Positions 56,270 through 64,000 of a stretch of DNA of 64,000 nucleotides are shown here, one piece after another. The notes under the pieces were generated by a model. It did no database searches and had not been told where the DNA came from. It saw nothing but the letters and a program-made list of their open reading frames with translations. The DNA lies in the IMG/VR virus record IMGVR_UViG_3300042010_000106, positions 62,001 to 126,000 of that record; one strand, 5' to 3'. Position numbers and translations under genes: made by a program. Position 1 is the first letter of the stretch, and each line of letters opens with the position of its first letter.

Positions 56270-56653
56270 ATGGCCCCGGAAAAAGAATTCGCGTTGCAAG
56301 TCCTCGATCTTGGCGCACTGGTTATGACGGCCATGCAGCCGACCGACGCAGGCGCACTGGCTCGCCAAGTGTACGCGTTCGAAGTGAAAGAAAAACTGGT
56401 AGTGTTCAACGCGGGTGACGACGGCACGTTTCAATCTGACAGCATCGTGGAACTGGCCGAGGAAATCGTTCGCCTCACTGAATCCAAAGTCAATGTCAAA
56501 CGGAAAGCGCGTGGCGTGGCTTATATCAACATCATGTTACCTGAGTCGCAGTTCGACAAATACTTCAGGAAAAATCCAAACGGTTCTGTGTCACTGTACG
56601 CCGATACATTCCGTCGTGTGGTCGCGCAACTGCGTAAGGAATTCAAGGTATGA
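56270..56653 (+). CDS. hypothetical protein
   Basis: GGAG RBS. Confidence 0.65.
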   Translation: MAPEKEFALQVLDLGALVMTAMQPTDAGALARQVYAFEVKEKLVVFNAGDDGTFQSDSIVELAEEIVRLTESKVNVKRKARGVAYINIMLPESQFDKYFRKNPNGSVSLYADTFRRVVAQLRKEFKV

Positions 56654-56867
56654 AAGGCGTAATCAAGGTTACGGTTCTCGACGTGCAAAAATCCATGGTC
56701 ATGTTGGCGAAGAGCGGTAAGACCGCAGCACAAATCATGGCCGCATTGAACATGGAATATGCGAAGGTTGAAATTCGCAAACGCCAAAAGCTTTTCGCTG
56801 ATGCGTCTCGCGCACTGGCAAAGAACGTGGCCCCGGCTGAAGCCAAACTGAAAGCGAAGGCAGCAAA

Positions 56868-57686
56868 ATGACTTACAAAAGCCGCACCAGAGGTAACGCT
56901 GTTTTGCTGGATAGCGAAGTGCTGGAAGCGAGCAGGAAAGCAACCGGCATTGATCCAATGATCGCCATCCGCGAAAAGTATCCAGACGCAGAACTTGTTT
57001 TCTCCACGCGTGAACAAATCGACCGCGTGCGTGCACCGTTCAACCCATACGAACACCTTGCAGATTTTCGCCGGGGTTTTCATGACGAAATGACGTTTGA
57101 TTATTCGGCTGCTGAAGAGCGTATGCACGCCCTGTTGCCAATTGTTGTAGGCCACGACAACCTGCCGTACATTTTTGAAGGCGAAGTCGCACGCATGCGG
57201 GCAATGAAAGACATGCCACGCTTTGTTCCGCGTCTTTATCCGCATCAAGAAGAAGCGCTGCGTCATGTTCAAACGTTGCCATATGTTGTTATGGAACTCG
57301 ATAGCTGCAAACCGCTCGACCTCGGCATTGGCATTCACGGTGATGTGGCTTTCGACATCGAAGCGCACACTCTGAAAAACTTTCGACCGTTGATTACGAA
57401 TCCGCGTGGCATAAAAATCATGAAGGATAACTATTCTGAAATGATGCGCTCGCATATGGTCATTGACGAAGCGCATGTGTGGGATAGAAACCCTGTACGT
57501 TCTGCGCTGGCTTGGGGCCTCGACATTCGTTACAAGTTTGCACGGGAAGACGGCAAAACCCACGCGCAGATTTGCAAGCAAGAATTGAAGTCGATCAAGA
57601 AGCGCCGTAAGGCAGCAATGAAACAGTTGGATGCGTGCGGTGCCCGGTACGAAGAAGCTCTGAAGGAAAACGAAAATGTACGGTGA
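56868..57686 (+). CDS. hypothetical protein with relic SF2-helicase motifs
   Basis: LYPHQEEAL and MVIDEAH without an intervening Walker A. Confidence 0.5.
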   Translation: MTYKSRTRGNAVLLDSEVLEASRKATGIDPMIAIREKYPDAELVFSTREQIDRVRAPFNPYEHLADFRRGFHDEMTFDYSAAEERMHALLPIVVGHDNLPYIFEGEVARMRAMKDMPRFVPRLYPHQEEALRHVQTLPYVVMELDSCKPLDLGIGIHGDVAFDIEAHTLKNFRPLITNPRGIKIMKDNYSEMMRSHMVIDEAHVWDRNPVRSALAWGLDIRYKFAREDGKTHAQICKQELKSIKKRRKAAMKQLDACGARYEEALKENENVR

Positions 57687-58263
57687 AGACGAACCAAAGG
57701 TTCCACAAAACTATAAATATTTCGGCTACTATGGCGCACCGTTTTACTGGTTCGTTGCTGCGTGCCTTGCTCTAGCGATTTTCTGCATCGCGCAGGAACG
57801 CGTCAGTTTTTACGAAACGGTTAATACCAAGGCTGTTCGTGATGCAACCATCGTTGACGCATGGCCTTATAACACGGGCAAATACGGAACCGGTCGTGAG
57901 CAGTGGGAAGGCACGTTTCGCGATAATGAAACGGGAAAGTTTTACACGTATGAAATGAGCGGCGGTTTGTACCAAAAATTCCTGCGTGAAAAGAGCGGCC
58001 ATGGCATTCAGGTACAGGTCAACATGCTAGCTTCGCGTGCCGGTGTTCCTGAAGCAGAAGGCATGGAAAACTACAAAGTCTTTTTCGATTTGGTGCGAAT
58101 CTTTTTCGCAATCATTACCTGCGTTATCGCCATGATTTGTTTAGTCAGTCTGCACACGTCGTATTCGTACGTCACTGCACGTGATGCAGAAGAAGCACAG
58201 CGGCAGAAATTGAAAGACGAAGAAGATGCCCGTCACAGACGGCGTATGGCAGCGCGGGAGTAA
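57676..58263 (+). CDS. 2-TM membrane protein with periplasmic beta domain
   Basis: two hydrophobic helices. Confidence 0.7.
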   Translation: MYGEDEPKVPQNYKYFGYYGAPFYWFVAACLALAIFCIAQERVSFYETVNTKAVRDATIVDAWPYNTGKYGTGREQWEGTFRDNETGKFYTYEMSGGLYQKFLREKSGHGIQVQVNMLASRAGVPEAEGMENYKVFFDLVRIFFAIITCVIAMICLVSLHTSYSYVTARDAEEAQRQKLKDEEDARHRRRMAARE

Positions 58264-58534
58264 CAGCCATGGCGAACTGTAAATGGTACGTATGCCGTCT
58301 TGCTGGCGGCGAATACATTCACTCACTTGACGAAACACATACAAAGGTAATGTCGTGCAAAAGCAGAATCCGGGCGCAGCAGTTCACACTTCCCGAAGCC
58401 GAGAAAATCAAAGCAAAGATAGCGTGCGAAATCATACCCGCACATTGGGAACGAATCCCATAGTTCCAAACGCTGCGCAGTCAAAAGAACTCGACCGCCT
58501 TTTTGGCATGTGGGACAAGCTATAAGGATTACAT

Positions 58535-58942
58535 ATGAATATTATTATGGATTACGACGACAATCTCGCACGTCGTATTGCAAGCTACGCAGTAAAGAAC
58601 AAGAAAACGTTTGAAGAAGTCGTGTTTGAAACACTGGATAAAGCGCTGCCCGTAGAGCGTACGGTTTGTGTGGCGCTTAAACCGATGACCGACACTGACC
58701 GCGATGAAATGTTTCGCGTCAATTGGGCGTTGAACATTAATCGTTTGTACGAAGCTGTGCAGCGTTTGGAAGTCGGGCAAAAATGTTCCTTCGACTATCT
58801 GCTTACGCCAGAACAACAACGTATGACGAACCGCAAAAAAGCGGCGTGGCGGCGTGCCCTGTATCGCTGGTCAATGGGTAACGAGAATTACACCGTAACA
58901 CTGCTGGTTGATGGCGGTACTACGGTTAAACGCAACAGCTAA
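58535..58942 (+). CDS. ribbon-helix-helix protein with C-terminal domain
   Basis: MNIIMDYDDNLARRIASYAVKNKKTFEEVVFETL. Confidence 0.55.
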   Translation: MNIIMDYDDNLARRIASYAVKNKKTFEEVVFETLDKALPVERTVCVALKPMTDTDRDEMFRVNWALNINRLYEAVQRLEVGQKCSFDYLLTPEQQRMTNRKKAAWRRALYRWSMGNENYTVTLLVDGGTTVKRNS

Positions 58943-58956
58943 AAGGAACTGTAAAC

Positions 58957-59253
58957 ATGAAAGAATGGCACGAAGTATTTTCCGCAGCGTTTTCCGCAGC
59001 GATCAAATTCACGATTGCATTGCAGCCGAAGAACGCGCCGACCGTTGAAATCGTTGACGACCCACACGCCGTGCAAGTGGAGTGGGAAACCGACAAATTC
59101 ACCGCGTCTTTCTGGTTCTACGAAAATCGCACGTACGAATATCGCATTGTTTTTCATCCTGAAGGTTTTCAAATTCAGTTGCCAGACCTTGAAGGCGAAG
59201 ACGTTAGCGTTGACGCACCTATCAACGAAGAATTTATCCGTCTGTTGAGGTAG
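58957..59253 (+). CDS. hypothetical protein
   Basis: AAGGA RBS. Confidence 0.6.
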   Translation: MKEWHEVFSAAFSAAIKFTIALQPKNAPTVEIVDDPHAVQVEWETDKFTASFWFYENRTYEYRIVFHPEGFQIQLPDLEGEDVSVDAPINEEFIRLLR

Positions 59254-59491
59254 TCATGAACGAAACAGGTTTTCCAAAAGGTTCCGCGCTCGACAACGCT
59301 TTGTGGCCGCTGAAATATGCGACCACTAAAAAGACGTTGGTAGATTTCACGCCGCAGGTAATCGAAAACGCTTCAAAACTGCTGGCTGATTTCGACGCGG
59401 CGTTCCCTGCAATAAAAGCGCTGGCGGATCTTGACCGTGAACAGCGCCACAAAGTTTCCCCTCAACTGCAACAAATTCCCCGGAGCAAATA

Positions 59492-59728
59492 ATGAAATAT
59501 CTCGTAGTTTCTATCGACGGTAAAGAAGCGTCTATGATCATCGGCAAAGGCATCGACGTTGACAAGATCGTTGATGCACTCGGCGCCAAAGTGGTCAGCG
59601 GTGGCGATGCAGTTGTTCACCAAATGTTCATCACGTGCCAAGGGACAATAACTGTAAAGGGTAACGAGGTTGGTAGCCGTGGCATGAAAGACGAAGTGCT
59701 GCTGCGCCACGCGGATTTCATCGAGTAA
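59492..59728 (+). CDS. hypothetical protein, weak paralog of 21208 N-domain
   Basis: MKYLVV...VVSGG...CQG...SRG.KD..LL. Confidence 0.55.
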   Translation: MKYLVVSIDGKEASMIIGKGIDVDKIVDALGAKVVSGGDAVVHQMFITCQGTITVKGNEVGSRGMKDEVLLRHADFIE

Positions 59729-59741
59729 AAGGTTTCATAAA

Positions 59742-60107
59742 ATGCTTACACGCAGACAGCAACAGCAGCGCAAACAAGCGAGAGAAAAAGAGGCGGCAGA
59801 AATCGCACGCTTGTCCAAGCAGCTAGGCCGCAATCCTGATGGGAAAGCCGTACGAAAAAAGGCAAAGGACAATGATTTATCTGTCGCTTACCGTTCGGAC
59901 GTGTCACCGTACAAAAGTCTCGCTGGCACAGTGTTAGACAAACCCGATACATTCGCGTTCGAAGTTGATGATTTCGAAATGCGCGAGAAGTTGGCTCAAG
60001 TGGAAATCGAACGTAAGAAAAAACGTATTGCGCCGCTCTACAACAAAGGCGGCTTGCAGTACATTACTGACGATATGGACTTAACGACATTAGGACGCAA
60101 GGTATGA
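59742..60107 (+). CDS. basic conserved phage protein (APxYNKGxxQYI motif)
   Basis: RKKKRIAPLYNKGGLQYITD. Confidence 0.7.
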   Translation: MLTRRQQQQRKQAREKEAAEIARLSKQLGRNPDGKAVRKKAKDNDLSVAYRSDVSPYKSLAGTVLDKPDTFAFEVDDFEMREKLAQVEIERKKKRIAPLYNKGGLQYITDDMDLTTLGRKV

Positions 60108-60709
60108 CGGATTCATTTACACACAGCACAATGCACCAAGTCGGTATGCAGATGATGCCTGTTTCAGAAGTTCGCAAGCTTTTAGAAAGTCGGTGCGAAA
60201 GGCTGACGGTCGATGACATTGCGAAAAAGCGTGTTGCCAATCGCATCATGCAGGCCCGCAAACGTTGCAAATTAACGTGGGATGTTTTGCAGAAGCATTT
60301 CGACGGTGTGCAATATCAGCGCGATTACGATTTGCGCACGTACGCCCGCAGCATTCAGCATTCGATTCTGAACGACAAAGGCCGCTGGTTGCCGAAATAT
60401 ATTTTCCGCGACCGCCCTGCACATTTGTTCTGGATTGAAGGCACCAGCCAAGCAGTTTTGTACAACTTCATTCCGCGCACCGATGCGAATGTGTACCTTG
60501 TAGCGGATACCAGTTTGATCGTTAACTACGACATTCTGTGCAACAAATTGCTGTTCGTGAAAGACATGCCTAATCGTTGTCGTTTCATCTGCGAGAACAC
60601 GGTCGTTTATCCGTGTGACATCGTACAAACCAACGATGCCGCGATTGCAGAACACAACGCCGAAAAAATTGCACACTTCGCCAAGTACAAGGAATTTACC
60701 AATGACTGA
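60104..60709 (+). CDS. hypothetical protein
   Basis: ATGA overlap. Confidence 0.7.
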   Translation: MTDSFTHSTMHQVGMQMMPVSEVRKLLESRCERLTVDDIAKKRVANRIMQARKRCKLTWDVLQKHFDGVQYQRDYDLRTYARSIQHSILNDKGRWLPKYIFRDRPAHLFWIEGTSQAVLYNFIPRTDANVYLVADTSLIVNYDILCNKLLFVKDMPNRCRFICENTVVYPCDIVQTNDAAIAEHNAEKIAHFAKYKEFTND

Positions 60710-61556
60710 TCAAGCCACCCGTGACGCCGACCGTGAATTGGATTTGGCGCTGGACGCAGAACTTCGCGCAGACACACAGGCAAGGAACCGCAAAGCTTTT
60801 ATCGAACAAATTGATCGTTCTATTCCTCCTGTATCTGAAGAGGCAAGGAACAATTTAATTGCCGATTACGACGATATAAATCGCACGTGGCAAGGTGATC
60901 GCATTCAACGCGACCCGGCTGATTTGAAAGACATGGGGCGCGATGGTGTCGTGGGCCGTCTCGGCGACTATTCGCGCATTGATGACCCGGAACACCGCGC
61001 CAAGCTCGACGCTGCTTTTGAGAAGCTGCAAACGTCCCTTGAGAATGGCCGCTCAAACGCCGCTGCTGAAGAGCGGGCAAAGAAACGCATGGAAGCCCGC
61101 CAAGCGTTCACACAACGCCTCAAAACGCGTGTACGGGCCTTCCTGTTCGCCGTGTGGTCGCTGGCGTTCCTGTGCATCGTCGGTGCCGGGGTGTGGGGCT
61201 ACTACAACTTCAAAACGATTGTGCCAGCGTGGGACAAATACACGTCGGCGCAAAAGAACTGCATTTTCAAAGTGGGTGAACGAACCGTCACCGGAACGCG
61301 CACCGTTTCGTATCGCTATTATCAGATTCTGAACTGGCGTGCACACGATGAAAGCACGGTTGAAACTGAAACACGTTTGGACATCAACGGTAACGGTATG
61401 ACGGTTATTCAGTACGTCGATGGCAAGGCTGAAAAGCTGGCAATTTCGGACGGTGAAAAATATCGTCCGTTGCTCAAGCCTGCTGAAAAGTATTCGTTCT
61501 TTATGGACAACGGCAAAAACTTTGCAGAGCTGTCGTTCAACGACATTTGCCGGTGA
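60702..61556 (+). CDS. single-TM membrane protein
   Basis: AAGGA RBS; central TM AFLFAVWSLAFLCIVGAGVWGY. Confidence 0.7.
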   Translation: MTDQATRDADRELDLALDAELRADTQARNRKAFIEQIDRSIPPVSEEARNNLIADYDDINRTWQGDRIQRDPADLKDMGRDGVVGRLGDYSRIDDPEHRAKLDAAFEKLQTSLENGRSNAAAEERAKKRMEARQAFTQRLKTRVRAFLFAVWSLAFLCIVGAGVWGYYNFKTIVPAWDKYTSAQKNCIFKVGERTVTGTRTVSYRYYQILNWRAHDESTVETETRLDINGNGMTVIQYVDGKAEKLAISDGEKYRPLLKPAEKYSFFMDNGKNFAELSFNDICR

Positions 61557-61806
61557 AATCCACACCGGGAACAAACTGGTGCCCTCAACAGCATGACCTT
61601 TCGACGGGCGGAATTACCACTGTCGATTGGTATGCTAGGCAACGCAAATTAAAACTGTCGCTTATTCTCGATTTGTTGAACGGTGTTAAATTTAATGGCT
61701 TGGGTATTGTTATAAACCATTACAAAGGTGGCAGGGTTCCATACGAAGCCAGCACCGTTCTAACAGTCGAAGAAATGCGAAAGTTGAATTCGTTCAGGAA
61801 ACGTAA

Positions 61807-62190
61807 ATGAAATGGAAGCACGGCTCTACCAGAAGTGTTTTGCTGATTGGTAAGTACGCGATCAAGTTTCCCATGATTAAGCACTGGCGGAATTTCCTGC
61901 AAGGTATTTTGTGCAATGACACAGAATATTCGTTCAGCCATTTGGATACGCCGCTGCTGGCTCCTGTGCTGTGGCGTTCGTGGGGATGTATCGTTATCGT
62001 CATGCCGCGTGCTGACGTGAAAAGCTACGACGCCGAAGATCGTTTCGCATATGTTGAAGAATTCTGGAAGCTTGTTGAACAAGTCGAAGGACTCAACAAA
62101 GACACGATCAAAAAGATTGTGGAAAACAAAGTGTGTTCCATTGGCATGATTAACGGCAAGCCTGTCGCCATCGACTACGGGATTATCTAA
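61807..62190 (+). CDS. minimal protein-kinase-like phage protein
   Basis: GSTRSV...YAIKFP, N-x-x-E, terminal G..NGKPVAIDYG. Confidence 0.6.
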   Translation: MKWKHGSTRSVLLIGKYAIKFPMIKHWRNFLQGILCNDTEYSFSHLDTPLLAPVLWRSWGCIVIVMPRADVKSYDAEDRFAYVEEFWKLVEQVEGLNKDTIKKIVENKVCSIGMINGKPVAIDYGII

Positions 62191-62838
62191 ATGAATCGTC
62201 CAACTCCTTACCGCCCACGTGTGCCGGATGACCTGTTTGAAGAGCTGAAAAAATTCAGCGACGGCACATTCAAAGGTTTGCATGAACTGACGCTGCGCTA
62301 CATTCGCGAAGGCATTGAAAAAGATCGCGCTGTGCAGGCTGGCAAAGAACGTAAAGTTCCCGGCAACGGGTATTTCCCATTCAGTGATGTCACGATCAAC
62401 AATTGGGCAAAGTATTACGGCATCGACGTGATGGAAGTTGCAGCCGCTTACCACGCAATGGAACATATCGCGCTCGATAGCGTTGATCGTGTGAACGGTG
62501 AATTCAGTCTGGACGGCCACGACATCAAAGGTTTGAACAAATTCTTTTTCGGCGACAATTGGGAAAAAGACATGCTGTTGCGCCAACTGGCTGCAATCGA
62601 CGCTGCTGCAAATCACGTTGTAGGTGCAGCGACAGAAGAGCGACCGGAAGAAAGATCAGATATTACCGTGGCGATTCTTGCGGAACGTTTGTCTGTTCGT
62701 GCTGCTGAAATCATCAAGTTCATGTTCAAGCGCGGCACACCGGCCACCATGCACCAATTGCTGAGTGATGCAGAAGTCGAACTCGTTACCAACGCAATGC
62801 AGGTCGTTCCAAAACTCGCCAAACGGACAAAGAAATGA
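62191..62838 (+). CDS. RHH DNA-binding protein fused to translation initiation factor IF2 N-terminal domain
   Basis: N-term [15 protein letters not shown]...[10 protein letters not shown]; C-term [34 protein letters not shown] matches pseudomonad InfB [34 protein letters not shown] (recalled). Confidence 0.75.
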   Translation: [215 protein letters not shown]

Positions 62839-63263
62839 AACCAGTTAAACAAGCCTTGTACAACAGCCGCACCGCTGACAAATTCGTTGTTCGTTTGCCG
62901 GACGGCTGGCGTGAAAAGATTGAAGCTTTTGCGCGTGTAAATCACCGTAGCATGAACAGTCATTTGCTGACCTATATCGAAGCGTGCCTGAAGTTGGAAG
63001 AGGCGGAAAACTTCGGTTTGTTGGAAGCGTTGCTGTCTGATGAACCGGGCGGCGCAATCGTGGTTGCACAAGGCCCACGCGTTCCGTACGCAATCAATAT
63101 TCCGGTAATGTTTGAAGGCCACGTTTGGCTGGTGGTAAAACTCAACGTTGAAGACGGCGCTGTGTGGGCGGATTTGGAGCGTACCGATTCGGAATTCGAA
63201 TACGATAACGGACGCCGTTGTATCACTTGCCTGCATAAACATTTGGAGCCGTTCGGTGCGTGA
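62835..63263 (+). CDS. amrZ: AmrZ/AlgZ-like Arc-family regulator with non-homologous C-terminal domain
   Basis: [42 protein letters not shown] vs AmrZ [42 protein letters not shown] (recalled). Confidence 0.85.
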   Translation: [142 protein letters not shown]

Positions 63264-63264
63264 C

Positions 63265-63579
63265 ATGGCGCTGTATGTTATTTGTCCCGGCACCGTGACC
63301 AGTCGCACGGACGGGCAAGAACATTTCGTAGACGAACGTTCGTTGATTTCGTTGTACGGTGTTCACCCTGCACTGTGCGTTGTGTATCCGCGCACAGAAG
63401 CAAATGAACGTGGCTGGCGAAAGCCGCCGCATGCAATGTATTTAGAGCCGCAATACAGCGGTGATTATTCCCTACCAATTTACTACGGGCCAAAATTCCA
63501 ATGGAAACTCAAGTCGCATATACCGGTACTTGCCGCCAAACTGCTTTCGGCATCAACGTTCCTGAGTTTGTTCCAGTAG
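63265..63579 (+). CDS. conserved phage hypothetical protein
   Basis: YVICPG.V.SRTDGQEHFV...LYGV...LEPQYSGDY. Confidence 0.65.
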   Translation: MALYVICPGTVTSRTDGQEHFVDERSLISLYGVHPALCVVYPRTEANERGWRKPPHAMYLEPQYSGDYSLPIYYGPKFQWKLKSHIPVLAAKLLSASTFLSLFQ

Positions 63580-64000
63580 CAGCCGCTCGCGTTTCGATGG
63601 ACGTAATCAATCTGCCGCATAACTGCGTGCCGTTGAAATACGAAGCCGGTAAAGATTTCTGCAAGGTTCTGCCCGAAGAAAGCATCGACACTTTGTGCTT
63701 TGTTTTCAAACTGGCTGGCGATTATCAGGACATCAACCTTGACGCCATTCGCGATTACATTGCGACTGTGGAAATCGACCACAACAAGTTTCACGTTTCG
63801 GAACGGGCGCTGCTGAACGAAGAAACGAAAATGATTCGGACTTTGTACGTTCGTTTCTACCGCAACGAAGATTTCAAATGCAAAGAACACCCGGAAATGC
63901 TGTTGGGTACGCCGTCCGGTATGTACCACTGCCCGTACTGCTGTGAAATGCAGTTGGCCGGTACTACGCACCTCGATCCAATGTTTGAAGCTGTTGTGGA
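63501..64000 (+). CDS. hypothetical protein with GMYHCPxC motif, truncated at window end
   Basis: my translation METQVAY...GMYHCPYCCEMQLAGTTH, open to the end of the window. Confidence 0.6.
   Translation, partial: METQVAYTGTCRQTAFGINVPEFVPVAAARVSMDVINLPHNCVPLKYEAGKDFCKVLPEESIDTLCFVFKLAGDYQDINLDAIRDYIATVEIDHNKFHVSERALLNEETKMIRTLYVRFYRNEDFKCKEHPEMLLGTPSGMYHCPYCCEMQLAGTTHLDPMFEAVV

Noticed and set aside
1-64000. Stop-codon reassignment
   Set aside because: Coding density is already very high in the standard code, and TAG- or TGA-ending genes are followed by new RBS/start pairs.
1-64000. tRNA, rRNA, CRISPR array, integrase or IS element
   Set aside because: No cloverleaf, repeat-spacer periodicity, recombinase or transposase motifs seen; intergenic gaps are mostly under 110 nt.

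Overview
This is a 64-kb segment of a large, probably jumbo, lytic dsDNA phage genome with roughly 50% GC by eye. About 140 tightly packed, mostly short ORFs lie on the + strand with frequent ATGA/TGATG/TAATG couplings. I found no capsid, terminase, polymerase, integrase, tRNA, rRNA or CRISPR features, so it reads as an accessory or host-takeover region. The host is almost certainly a Pseudomonas, because captured AmrZ and IF2 segments closely match the pseudomonad proteins as I recall them. Recognisable products: an acyl-carrier-protein fusion, a YfaP/DUF2135-like 667-aa protein with its small partner, an orphan MqsA-type HTH, several XRE/RHH regulators, a LemA-like/membrane-protein pair, a PL7 alginate lyase, two intact Nudix-fold proteins, a NADAR hydrolase, a GNAT, an HExxH protein and a minimal kinase-like protein. 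The most notable theme is a dispersed set of host-protein fragments or mimics: a 31-aa type IV prepilin peptide missed by the ORF track, an AmrZ DNA-binding domain, an IF2 N-terminal domain fused to an RHH, ACP and the MqsA C-domain. Several of these converge on alginate, pilus and biofilm control. Also notable are apparent pseudo-enzymes, a strand-specific ACTGTAAA motif (at least 16 copies) and apparent restriction-site avoidance. All family assignments come from motif recognition by eye, not database searches.
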